A stretch of DNA of 64,000 nucleotides from the human T2T-CHM13v2.0 reference genome, Homo sapiens. The stretch's first letter is position 1; each line of letters begins with the position of its first letter. Location: the NCBI RefSeq assembly GCF_009914755.1, contig NC_060928.1. One strand, given 5' to 3'. A program made the translations under genes and the position numbers. Below the pieces are notes generated by a model. It did not search any database and was not told where the DNA came from. It saw only the letters and a list, made by a program, of their open reading frames with translations. Of this stretch, positions 13,501 through 26,483 are shown piece after piece.

Positions 13501-13737
13501 ATATTGAGATAGATTTGAAGATTTCGTTGGAAAAGTGAATATCTCCATATAAAATCTAGACGGAAGCATTCTCAGAAACTGCTTTGTGATGTTTCCATTC
13601 AAGTCACAGAGTTGAATATTCCCTTTTATAGAGCACGTTTGAAACACTCTTTCTGCACTATCTGGAAGTGGACATTTCGAGCGCTTTGAGGCCTATGGTG
13701 AAAAAGGAAATATCTTCCCATAAAAATTAGACAGAAG
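10507..13737 (+). repeat. 19-mer HOR unit with 1-bp deletion (3231 bp)
   Basis: m13 reads CGGGAGACGT at ~12685-12694 versus CGGGATGACGT in canonical units. Confidence 0.92.
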
Positions 13738-14754
13738 CATTCTCAGAAACTTGTTTGTGATGTGTGTATTCAACTAACAGAGTTGAACTTTTGTTTTTAC
13801 AGAGCCGTTTTAAAACACTCTTTTTGTGGAATCAGAAAGTGGATATTCGGATGGCTCTGAGGATTTCGTTGGAAGCGGGATTACATATAAAATCTAGAGA
13901 GAAGCATTCTCAGGAACTTCTTTGTGATGTTTGCATTGAAGTCACAGAATTGAACATTCACTTTGATAGAGCAGGTTTGAAACACTCATTCTGTAGTATC
14001 TGGAAGTGGACATTTCAAGCGCTTTCAGGCCTATGGTGAAAAAGGAAATATCTTCGAATAAAAACTAGACAGAAGCATCCTCAGAAACTTATTTGTGATG
14101 TGTGTCCTCAACTAACAGAGTTGAAACTTTGTTTTGATACAGCATTTTGGAAACACTCCTTTTGTAGAATCTGCAGGTGGATATGTGGATAGCTCTGAAG
14201 ATTTCGTTGGAAACGGGAATTTCTTCATATAAAATCAAACAGAAGCATTCTCAGAAACTTCTTAGTGATGTTTGCATTCAGCTCATGGAGTTGAACACTT
14301 CCTTTCATAGAGCCGGTTTGAAACACTCTTTCTGCACTACCTGGAAGAGGCCATTTCGAGCGCTTTGAGTCCTATGGTGAAAAAGGAAATATCTTCTCAT
14401 AAAAACCAGAAAGAAGCATTCTCAGAAACTTCTTTGTGTTGTGTGTACTCATGTAACAGTGTTGAACCATCCTTTTGACAGAGCAGTTTTGAAACACTCT
14501 TTTTGTAGAATCTGCAAGTGGATATTTGGATAGCTTTGAGGATTTCGTTGGAAACGGGATGACATATAATATCTAGAGAGAAGCATTCTCAGGAACTTCT
14601 TTGTGCTGTTTGCATTCAAGTCACAGAATTGAACATTCCCTTTCATAGAGCAGATTTGAAACACTCTTTCTCTAGTATCTGGAAGTGGGCATTTCAAGCG
14701 CTTTCAGGCCTATTGAGAGAAAGGAAATACCTTCAAATAAAAACTAGACAGAAG
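13738..14754 (+). repeat. 6-mer HOR variant (1017 bp): m1, m2, m3/m4 hybrid, m5, m6, m7
   Basis: Spacing 13764->14781 = 1017. The hybrid monomer has GAAACTTTG (m3) then CACTCCTTTTG...GATATGTGG (m4). m7 is followed directly by m1. Confidence 0.93.
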
Positions 14755-17700
14755 CATTCTCAGAAACTTGTTTGTGATGTGTGTATTCAACTAACAGAGT
14801 TGAACTTTTGTTTTTACAGAGCCGTTTTAAAACACTCTTTTTGTGGAATCAGAAAGTGGATATTCGGATGGCTCTGAGGATTTCGTTGGAAGCGGGATTA
14901 CATATAAAATCTAGAGAGAAGCATTCTCAGGAACTTCTTTGTGATGTTTGCATTGAAGTCACAGAATTGAACATTCACTTTGATAGAGCAGGTTTGAAAC
15001 ACTCATTCTGTAGTATCTGGAAGTGGACATTTCAAGCGCTTTCAGGCCTATGGTGAGAAAGGAAATATCTTCGAATAAAAACTAGACAGAAGCATCCTCA
15101 GAAACTTATTTGTGATGTGTGTCCTCAACTAACAGAGTTGAAACTTTGTTTTGATACAGCATTTTGGAAACACTCTTTTTGTAGAATCTGCAGGTGGATA
15201 TTTGGATAGCTTAGAGGGATTCGTTGGAAAGGGGATATCTTCATATAAAATCTAGACAGAAGCATTCTCAGAAACTTATTTGTGATGTGTGTCCTCAACT
15301 AACAGAGTTGAACCTTGGTTTTGATACAGCATTTTGGAAACACTCCTTTTGTAGAATCTGCAGGTGGATATGTGGATAGCTCTGAAGATTTCGTTGGAAA
15401 CGGGAATTTCTTCATATAAAATCAAACAGAAGCATTCTCAGAAACTTCTCAGTGATGTTTGCATTCAGCTCATGGAGTTGAACACTTCCTTTCATAGAGC
15501 CGGTTTGAAACACTCTTTCTGCACTACCTGGAAGAGGCCATTTCGAGCGCTTTGAGTCCTATGGTGAAAAAGGAAATATCTTCTCATAAAAACCAGAAAG
15601 AAGCATTCTCAGAAACTTCTTTGTGTTGTGTGTACTCATGTAACAGTGTTGAACCATCCTTTTGACAGAGCAGTTTTGAAACACTCTTTTTGTAGAATCT
15701 GCAAGTGGATATTTGGATAGCTTTGAGGATTTCGTTGGAAACGGGATGACATATAATATCTAGAGAGAAGCATTCTCAGGAACTTCTTTGTGATGTTTGC
15801 ATTCAAGTCACAGAATTGAACATTCCCTTTCATAGAGCAGGTTTGAAACACTCTTTCTCTAGTATCTGGAAGTGGGCATTTCAAGCGCTTTCAGGCCTAT
15901 GGAGAGAAAGGAAATACCTTCAAATAAAAACTAGACAGAAGCATTCTCAGAAACTTATTTGTGATGTGTGTCCTCAACTAACAGAGTTGAACCTTTGTTT
16001 TGATACAGCATTTTGGAAACACTCCTTTTGTAGAATCTGCAGGTGGATATTTGGATAACTTTGAAGATTTCGTTGGAAACCGGAATATCTTCATATAAAA
16101 TCAAGACAGAAGCATTCTCGGAAACATCTCTGTGATGTTTGCATTCAACTCAGTAGAGTTGAACACTTCCTTTCATAGAGCCGGTTTGAAACACTCTTTC
16201 TGCACTACCTGGAAGCGGACATTTCGAGCGCTTTGAGGCCTATGGTGAAAAAGGAAATATCTTCTCATAAAAACCAGAAAGAAGCATTCTCAGAAACTTC
16301 TTTGTGTTGTGTGTACTCAAGTAACAGTGTTGAACCTTCCTTTTGACACAGCAGTTTTGAAACACTCTTTTGGTAGAATCTGCAAGTGGATATTTGGATA
16401 GGTTTGAGGATTTCGTTGGAAACGGGTTATCTTCATATAAAATCCAGACAGGAGCATTCTCAGAAACTTCTTTGTGCTGCATGTCCTCAATTCACAGAGC
16501 TGAACCTTTGTTTGGATACAGCATTTTGGAAACATTCCTTTAGTAGAATCTGCAAGTTGATATTTAGATAGCTTTGAAGATTTCGTTGGAAACGGGAATA
16601 TCTTCATAGAAAATCTAGACGGAAGCATTCTCAGAAACTGCTTTGTGATGTTTGCATTCAAGTCACAGAGTTGAATATTCCCTTTTATAGAGTAGGTTTG
16701 AAACACTCTTTCGGCACTACCTGGAAGTGGATATTTCGAGCTCTTTGAGGCCTATGGTTAAAAGGAAATATCTTCCCATAAAAACTAGACAGAAGCCGTC
16801 TCAGAAACTTGTTTGTGATGTGTGTATTCAACTAACAGAGTTGAACATTTCTGTTACAGAGCAATTTTAAAACACTCTTTTTGTGGAATCTGAAAGTGGA
16901 TAATTGGATAGCTTTGTGGATTTCGTTGGAAACGGGAGACGTATAAAATCTAGAGAGAAGCATTCTCAGGAACTTCTTTGTGATGTTTGCATTCAAGTCA
17001 CAGAATTGAACATTCCTTTTCATAGTGCAGGTTTGAAACACTCTTTCTGTAGTATCTGGAAGTGGACATTTCAAGCGCTTTCAGGCCTACGGGGAGAAAG
17101 GAAATATCTTCAAATAAAAACTAGACAGAAGGATTCTCAGAAACTTATTTGTGATGTGTGTCCTAAACGAACACAGTTGAACCTTTGTTTAGATACAGCA
17201 TTTTGGAAACACTCCTTTTGTAGGATCTGCAGGTGGATATTTGGATAGATTTTAAGATTTCGTTGGAAACGGGAGTTTCTTCATAGAAACTCAAGACAGA
17301 TGCATTCTCAGAAACATCTCTGTGATGTTTGCATTCCACTCATAGAGTTGAAAACTTCCTTTCATAGAGCAGGTTTGAAACACTCTTTTTGTAATATTTG
17401 GAAGTGGACATTTGCAGCGCTTTGAGGCCTATGGTGAAAAAGGAAATATCTTCTCATAAAAACCAGAAACAAGCATTCTCAGAAACTTCTTTTTGATGTG
17501 TGTACTCAAGTAACAGAGTTGAACCTTCCTTTTGACACAGCAGTTTTGAAACAATCTTTTTGTAGAATCTGCAAGTGGATATTTGGATAGCTTTGAGGAT
17601 TTCGTTGGAAACGGGATATCTTCATATAAAATCTAGACAGAAGCATTCTCAGAAACTTCTTTGTGCTGTATGTCCTCAATTAACAGAGTTGAACCATTGC

Positions 17701-17985
17701 TTGGATACAGCATTTTGGAAACATTCCTTTAGTAGAATCTGCAAGTTGATATTGAGATAGATTTGAAGATTTCGTTGGAAAAGGGAATATCTCCATATAA
17801 AATCTAGACGGAAGCATTCTCAGAAACTGCTTTGTGATGTTTCCATTCAAGTCACAGAGTTGAATATTCCCTTTTATAGAGCACGTTTGAAACACTCTTT
17901 CTGCACTATCTGGAAGTGGACATTTCGAGCGCTTTGAGGCCTATGGTGAAAAAGGAAATATCTTCCCATAAAAATTAGACAGAAG
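14755..17985 (+). repeat. 19-mer HOR unit with the same 1-bp m13 deletion (3231 bp)
   Basis: CGGGAGACGT at ~16933-16942; spacing 14781->18012. Confidence 0.92.
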
Positions 17986-19002
17986 CATTCTCAGAAACTT
18001 GTTTGTGATGTGTGTATTCAACTAACAGAGTTGAACTTTTGTTTTTACAGAGCCGTTTTAAAACACTCTTTTTGTGGAATCAGAAAGTGGATATTCGGAT
18101 GGCTCTGAGGATTTCGTTGGAAGCGGGATTACATATAAAATCTAGAGAGAAGCATTCTCAGGAACTTCTTTGTGATGTTTGCATTGAAGTCACAGAATTG
18201 AACATTCACTTTGATAGAGCAGGTTTGAAACACTCATTCTGTAGTATCTGGAAGTGGACATTTCAAGCGCTTTCAGGCCTATGGTGAAAAAGGAAATATC
18301 TTCGAATAAAAACTAGACAGAAGCATCCTCAGAAACTTATTTGTGATGTGTGTCCTCAACTAACAGAGTTGAAACTTTGTTTTGATACAGCATTTTGGAA
18401 ACACTCCTTTTGTAGAATCTGCAGGTGGATATGTGGATAGCTCTGAAGATTTCGTTGGAAACGGGAATTTCTTCATATAAAATCAAACAGAAGCATTCTC
18501 AGAAACTTCTCAGTGATGTTTGCATTCAGCTCATGGAGTTGAACACTTCCTTTCATAGAGCCGGTTTGAAACACTCTTTCTGCACTACCTGGAAGAGGCC
18601 ATTTCGAGCGCTTTGAGTCCTATGGTGAAAAAGGAAATATCTTCTCATAAAAACCAGAAAGAAGCATTCTCAGAAACTTCTTTGTGTTGTGTGTACTCAT
18701 GTAACAGTGTTGAACCATCCTTTTGACAGAGCAGTTTTGAAACACTCTTTTTGTAGTATCTGCAAGTGGATATTTGGATAGCTTTGAGGATTTCGTTGGA
18801 AACGGGATGACATATAATATCTAGAGAGAAGGATTCTCAGGAACTTCTTTGTGCTGTTTGCATTCAAGTCACAGAATTGAACATTCCCTTTCATAGAGCA
18901 GATTTGAAACACTCTTTCTCTAGTATCTGGAAGTGGGCATTTCAAGCGCTTTCAGGCCTATTGAGAGAAAGGAAATACCTTCAAATAAAAACTAGACAGA
19001 AG
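17986..19002 (+). repeat. 6-mer HOR variant (1017 bp)
   Basis: Spacing 18012->19029, with the same hybrid monomer and private SNPs as 13738-14754. Confidence 0.93.
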
Positions 19003-22000
19003 CATTCTCAGAAACTTGTTTGTGATGTGTGTATTCAACTAACAGAGTTGAACTTTTGTTTTTACAGAGCCGTTTTAAAACACTCTTTTTGTGGAATCAG
19101 AAAGTGGATATTCGGATGGCTCTGAGGATTTCGTTGGAAGCGGGATTACATATAAAATCTAGAGAGAAGCATTCTCAGGAACTTCTTTGTGATGTTTGCA
19201 TTGAAGTCACAGAATTGAACATTCACTTTGATAGAGCAGGTTTGAAACACTCATTCTGTAGTATCTGGAAGTGGACATTTCAAGCGCTTTCAGGCCTATG
19301 GTGAGAAAGGAAATATCTTCGAATAAAAACTAGACAGAAGCATCCTCAGAAACTTATTTGTGATGTGTGTCCTCAACTAACAGAGTTGAAACTTTGTTTT
19401 GATACAGCATTTTGGAAACACTCTTTTTGTAGAATCTGCAGGTGGATATTTGGATAGCTTAGAGGGATTCGTTGGAAAGGGGATATCTTCATATAAAATC
19501 TAGACAGAAGCATTCTCAGAAACTTATTTGTGATGTGTGTCCTCAACTAACAGAGTTGAACCTTGGTTTTGATACAGCATTTTGGAAACACTCCTTTTGT
19601 AGAATCTGCAGGTGGATATGTGGATAGCTCTGAAGATTTCGTTGGAAACGGGAATTTCTTCATATAAAATCAAACAGAAGCATTCTCAGAAACTTCTCAG
19701 TGATGTTTGCATTCAGCTCATGGAGTTGAACACTTCCTTTCATAGAGCCGGTTTGAAACACTCTTTCTGCACTACCTGGAAGAGGACATTTCGAGCGCTT
19801 TGAGTCCTATGGTGAAAAAGGAAATATCTTCTCATAAAAACCAGAAAGAAGCATTCTCAGAAACTTCTTTGTGTTGTGTGTACTCATGTAACAGTGTTGA
19901 ACCTTCCTTTTGACACAGCAGTTTTGAAACACTCTTTTGGTAGAATCTGCAAGTGGATATTTGGATAGCTTTGAGGATTTCGTTGGAAACGGGATGACAT
20001 ATAATATCTAGAGAGAAGCATTCTCAGGAACTTCTTTGTGATGTTTGCATTCAAGTCACAGAATTGAACATTCCCTTTCATAGAGCAGGTTTGAAACACT
20101 CTTTCTCTAGTATCTGGAAGTGGGCATTTCAAGCGCTTTCAGGCCTATGGAGAGAAAGGAAATACCTTCAAATAAAAACTAGACAGAAGCATTCTCAGAA
20201 ACTTATTTGTGATGTGTGTCCTCAACTAACAGAGTTGAACCTTTGTTTTGATACAGCATTTTGGAAACACTCCTTTTGTAGAATCTGCAGGTGGATATTT
20301 GGATAACTTTGAAGATTTCGTTGGAAACCGGAATATCTTCATATAAAATCAAGACAGAAGCATTCTCGGAAACATCTCTGTGATGTTTGCATTCAACTCA
20401 GTAGAGTTGAACACTTCCTTTCATAGAGCCGGTTTGAAACACTCTTTCTGCACTACCTGGAAGCGGACATTTCGAGCGCTTTGAGGCCTATGGTGAAAAA
20501 GGAAATATCTTCTCATAAAAACCAGAAAGAAGCATTCTCAGAAACTTCTTTGTGTTGTGTGTACTCAAGTAACAGTGTTGAACCTTCCTTTTGACACAGC
20601 AGTTTTGAAACACTCTTTTGGTAGAATCTGCAAGTGGATATTTGGATAGCTTTGAGGATTTCGTTGGAAACGGGTTATCTTCATGTAAAATCCAGACAGG
20701 AGCATTCTCAGAAACTTCTTTGTGCTGCATGTCCTCAATTCACAGAGCTGAACCTTTGTTTGGATACAGCATTTTGGAAACATTCCTTTAGTAGAATCTG
20801 CAAGTTGATATTTAGATAGCTTTGAAGATTTCGTTGGAAACGGGAATATCTTCATAGAAAATCTAGACGGAAGCATTCTCAGAAACTGCTTTGTGATGTT
20901 TGCATTCAAGTCACAGAGTTGAATATTCCCTTTTATAGAGTAGGTTTGAAACACTCTTTCGGCACTACCTGGAAGTGGATATTTCGAGCTCTTTGAGGCC
21001 TATGGTTAAAAGGAAATATCTTCCCATAAAAACTAGACAGAAGCCGTCTCAGAAACTTGTTTGTGATGTGTGTATTCAACTAACAGAGTTGAACATTTCT
21101 GTTACAGAGCAATTTTAAAACACTCTTTTTGTGGAATCTGAAAGTGGATAATTGGATAGCTTTGTGGATTTCGTTGGAAACGGGATGACGTATAAAATCT
21201 AGAGAGAAGCATTCTCAGGAACTTCTTTGTGATGTTTGCATTCAAGTCACAGAATTGAACATTCCTTTTCATAGTGCAGGTTTGAAACACTCTTTCTGTA
21301 GTATCTGGAAGTGGACATTTCAAGCGCTTTCAGGCCTACGGGGAGAAAGGAAATATCTTCAAATAAAAACTAGACAGAAGGATTCTCAGAAACTTATTTG
21401 TGATGTGTGTCCTAAACGAACACAGTTGAACCTTTGTTTAGATACAGCATTTTGGAAACACTCCTTTTGTAGGATCTGCAGGTGGATATTTGGATAGATT
21501 TTAAGATTTCGTTGGAAACGGGAGTTTCTTCATAGAAACTCAAGACAGATGCATTCTCAGAAACATCTCTGTGATGTTTGCATTCCACTCATAGAGTTGA
21601 AAACTTCCTTTCATAGAGCAGGTTTGAAACACTCTTTTTGTAATATTTGGAAGTGGACATTTGCAGCGCTTTGAGGCCTATGGTGAAAAAGGAAATATCT
21701 TCTCATAAAAACCAGAAACAAGCATTCTCAGAAACTTCTTTTTGATGTGTGTACTCAAGTAACAGAGTTGAACCTTCCTTTTGACACAGCAGTTTTGAAA
21801 CAATCTTTTTGTAGAATCTGCAAGTGGATATTTGGATAGCTTTGAGGATTTCGTTGGAAACGGGATATCTTCATATAAAATCTAGACAGAAGCATTCTCA
21901 GAAACTTCTTTGTGCTGTATGTCCTCAATTAACAGAGTTGAACCATTGCTTGGATACAGCATTTTGGAAACATTCCTTTAGTAGAATCTGCAAGTTGATA

Positions 22001-22234
22001 TTGAGATAGATTTGAAGATTTCGTTGGAAAAGGGAATATCTCCATATAAAATCTAGACGGAAGCATTCTCAGAAACTGCTTTGTGATGTTTCCATTCAAG
22101 TCACAGAGTTGAATATTCCCTTTTATAGAGCACGTTTGAAACACTCTTTCTGCACTATCTGGAAGTGGACATTTCGAGCGCTTTGAGGCCTATGGTGAAA
22201 AAGGAAATATCTTCCCATAAAAATTAGACAGAGG
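19003..22234 (+). repeat. 19-mer HOR unit carrying an m10-like tract in m6
   Basis: 3232-bp spacing; m6 has three m10-specific bases at 19904, 19916 and 19939. Confidence 0.9.
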
Positions 22235-23251
22235 CATTCTCAGAAACTTGTTTGTGATGTGTGTATTCAACTAACAGAGTTGAACTTTTGTTTTTACAGA
22301 GCCGTTTTAAAACACTCTTTTTGTGGAATCAGAAAGTGGATATTCGGATGGCTCTGAGGATTTCGTTGGAAGCGGGATTACATATAAAATCTAGAGAGAA
22401 GCATTCTCAGGAACTTCTTTGTGATGTTTGCATTGAAGTCACAGAATTGAACATTCACTTTGATAGAGCAGGTTTGAAACACTCATTCTGTAGTATCTGG
22501 AAGTGGACATTTCAAGCGCTTTCAGGCCTATGGTGAAAAAGGAAATATCTTCGAATAAAAACTAGACAGAAGCATCCTCAGAAACTTATTTGTGATGTGT
22601 GTCCTCAACTAACAGAGTTGAAACTTTGTTTTGATACAGCATTTTGGAAACACTCCTTTTGTAGAATCTGCAGGTGGATATGTGGATAGCTCTGAAGATT
22701 TCGTTGGAAACGGGAATTTCTTCATATAAAATCAAACAGAAGCATTCTCAGAAACTTCTCAGTGATGTTTGCATTCAGCTCATGGAGTTGAACACTTCCT
22801 TTCATAGAGCCGGTTTTAAACACTCTTTCTGCACTACCTGGAAGAGGCCATTTCGAGCGCTTTGAGTCCTATGGTGAAAAAGGAAATATCTTCTCATAAA
22901 AACCAGAAAGAAGCATTCTCAGAAACTTCTTTGTGTTGTGTGTACTCATGTAACAGTGTTGAACCATCCTTTTGACAGAGCAGTTTTGAAACACTCTTTT
23001 TGTAGAATCTGCAAGTGGATATTTGGATAGCTTTGAGGATTTCGTTGGAAACGGGATGACATATAATATCTAGAGAGAAGCATTCTCAGGAACTTCTTTG
23101 TGCTGTTTGCATTCAAGTCACAGAATTGAACATTCCCTTTCATAGAGCAGATTTGAAACACTCTTTCTCTAGTATCTGGAAGTGGGCATTTCAAGCGCTT
23201 TCAGGCCTATTGAGAGAAAGGAAATACCTTCAAATAAAAACTAGACAGAAG
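22235..23251 (+). repeat. 6-mer HOR variant (1017 bp)
   Basis: Spacing 22261->23278. Confidence 0.93.
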
Positions 23252-26200
23252 CATTCTCAGAAACTTGTTTGTGATGTGTGTATTCAACTAACAGAGTTGA
23301 ACTTTTGTTTTTACAGAGCCGTTTTAAAACACTCTTTTTGTGGAATCAGAAAGTGGATATTCGGATGGCTCTGAGGATTTCGTTGGAAGCGGGATTACAT
23401 ATAAAATCTAGAGAGAAGCATTCTCAGGAACTTCTTTGTGATGTTTGCATTGAAGTCACAGAATTGAACATTCACTTTGATAGAGCAGGTTTGAAACACT
23501 CATTCTGTAGTATCTGGAAGTGGACATTTCAAGCGCTTTCAGGCCTATGGTGAGAAAGGAAATATCTTCGAATAAAAACTAGACAGAAGCATCCTCAGAA
23601 ACTTATTTGTGATGTGTGTCCTCAACTAACAGAGTTGAAACTTTGTTTTGATACAGCATTTTGGAAACACTCTTTTTGTAGAATCTGCAGGTGGATATTT
23701 GGATAGCTTAGAGGGATTCGTTGGAAAGGGGATATCTTCATATAAAATCTAGACAGAAGCATTCTCAGAAACTTATTTGTGATGTGTGTCCTCAACTAAC
23801 AGAGTTGAACCTTGGTTTTGATACAGCATTTTGGAAACACTCCTTTTGTAGAATCTGCAGGTGGATATGTGGATAGCTCTGAAGATTTCGTTGGAAACGG
23901 GAATTTCTTCATATAAAATCAAACAGAAGCATTCTCAGAAACTTCTCAGTGATGTTTGCATTCAGCTCATGGAGTTGAACACTTCCTTTCATAGAGCCGG
24001 TTTGAAACACTCTTTCTGCACTACCTGGAAGAGGACATTTCGAGCGCTTTGAGTCCTATGGTGAAAAAGGAAATATCTTCTCATAAAAACCAGAAAGAAG
24101 CATTCTCAGAAACTTCTTTGTGTTGTGTGTACTCATGTAACAGTGTTGAACCATCCTTTTGACAGAGCAGTTTTGAAACACTCTTTTTGTAGAATCTGCA
24201 AGTGGATATTTGGATAGCTTTGAGGATTTCGTTGGAAACGGGATGACATATAATATCTAGAGAGAAGCATTCTCAGGAACTTCTTTGTGATGTTTGCATT
24301 CAAGTCACAGAATTGAACATTCCCTTTCATAGAGCAGGTTTGAAACACTCTTTCTCTAGTATCTGGAAGTGGGCATTTCAAGCGCTTTCAGGCCTATGGA
24401 GAGAAAGGAAATACCTTCAAATAAAAACTAGACAGAAGCATTCTCAGAAACTTATTTGTGATGTGTGTCCTCAACTAACAGAGTTGTACCTTTGTTTTGA
24501 TACAGCATTTTGGAAACACTCCTTTTGTAGAATCTGCAGGTGGATATTTGGATAACTTTGAAGATTTCGTTGGAAACCGGAATATCTTCATATAAAATCA
24601 AGACAGAAGCATTCTCGGAAACATCTCTGTGATGTTTGCATTCAACTCAGTAGAGTTGAACACTTCCTTTCATAGAGCATGTTTGAAACACTCTTTCTGC
24701 ACTACCTGGAAGCGGACATTTCGAGCGCTTTGAGGCCTATGGTGAAAAAGGAAATATCTTCTCATAAAAACCAGAAAGAAGCATTCTCAGAAACTTCTTT
24801 GTGTTGTGTGTACTCAAGTAACAGTGTTGAACCTTCCTTTTGACACAGCAGTTTTGAAACACTCTTTTGGTAGAATCTGCAAGTGGATATTTGGATAGCT
24901 TTGAGGATTTCGTTGGAAACGGGTTATCTTCATATAAAATCCAGACAGGAGCATTCTCAGAAACTTCTTTGTGCTGCATGTCCTCAATTCACAGAGCTGA
25001 ACCTTTGTTTGGATACAGCATTTTGGAAACATTCCTTTAGTAGAATCTGCAAGTTGATATTTAGATAGCTTTGAAGATTTCGTTGGAAACGGGAATATCT
25101 TCATAGAAAATCTAGACGGAAGCATTCTCAGAAACTGCTTTGTGATGTTTGCATTCAAGTCACAGAGTTGAATATTCCCTTTTATAGAGTAGGTTTGAAA
25201 CACTCTTTCGGCACTACCTGGAAGTGGATATTTCGAGCTCTTTGAGGCCTATGGTTAAAAGGAAATATCTTCCCATAAAAACTAGACAGAAGCCGTCTCA
25301 GAAACTTGTTTGTGATGTGTGTATTCAACTAACAGAGTTGAACATTTCTGTTACAGAGCAATTTTAAAACACTCTTTTTGTGGAATCTGAAAGTGGATAA
25401 TTGGATAGCTTTGTGGATTTCGTTGGAAACGGGATGACGTATAAAATCTAGAGAGAAGCATTCTCAGGAACTTCTTTCTGATGTTTGCATTCAAGTCACA
25501 GAATTGAACATTCCTTTTCATAGTGCAGGTTTGAAACACTCTTTCTGTAGTATCTGGAAGTGGACATTTCAAGCGCTTTCAGGCCTACGGGGAGAAAGGA
25601 AATATCTTCAAATAAAAACTAGACAGAAGGATTCTCAGAAACTTATTTGTGATGTGTGTCCTAAACGAACACAGTTGAACCTTTGTTTAGATACAGCATT
25701 TTGGAAACACTCCTTTTGTAGGATCTGCAGGTGGATATTTGGATAGATTTTAAGATTTCGTTGGAAACGGGAGTTTCTTCATAGAAACTCAAGACAGATG
25801 CATTCTCAGAAACATCTCTGTGATGTTTGCATTCCACTCATAGAGTTGAAAACTTCCTTTCATAGAGCAGGTTTGAAACACTCTTTTTGTAATATTTGGA
25901 AGTGGACATTTGCAGCGCTTTGAGGCCTATGGTGAAAAAGGAAATATCTTCTCATAAAAACCAGAAACAAGCATTCTCAGAAACTTCTTTTTGATGTGTG
26001 TACTCAAGTAACAGAGTTGAACCTTCCTTTTGACACAGCAGTTTTGAAACAATCTTTTTGTAGAATCTGCAAGTGGATATTTGGATAGCTTTGAGGATTT
26101 CGTTGGAAACGGGATATCTTCATATAAAATCTAGACAGAAGCATTCTCAGAAACTTCTTTGTGCTGTATGTCCTCAATTAACAGAGTTGAACCATTGCTT

Positions 26201-26483
26201 GGATACAGCATTTTGGAAACATTCCTTTAGTAGAATCTGCAAGTTGATATTGAGATAGATTTGAAGATTTCGTTGGAAAAGGGAATATCTCCATATAAAA
26301 TCTAGACGGAAGCATTCTCAGAAACTGCTTTGTGATGTTTCCATTCAAGTCACAGAGTTGAATATTCCCTTTTATAGAGCACGTTTGAAACACTCTTTCT
26401 GCACTATCTGGAAGTGGACATTTCGAGCGCTTTGAGGCCTATGGTGAAAAAGGAAATATCTTCCCATAAAAATTAGACAGAAG
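23252..26483 (+). repeat. Canonical-length 19-mer HOR unit
   Basis: Spacing 23278->26510 = 3232. Confidence 0.92.

Noticed and set aside
13520-13540. Extra mutation in the m18 box (GGAAAAGTGAAT)
   Set aside because: It is a singleton change in an already non-functional box, so uninformative alone.
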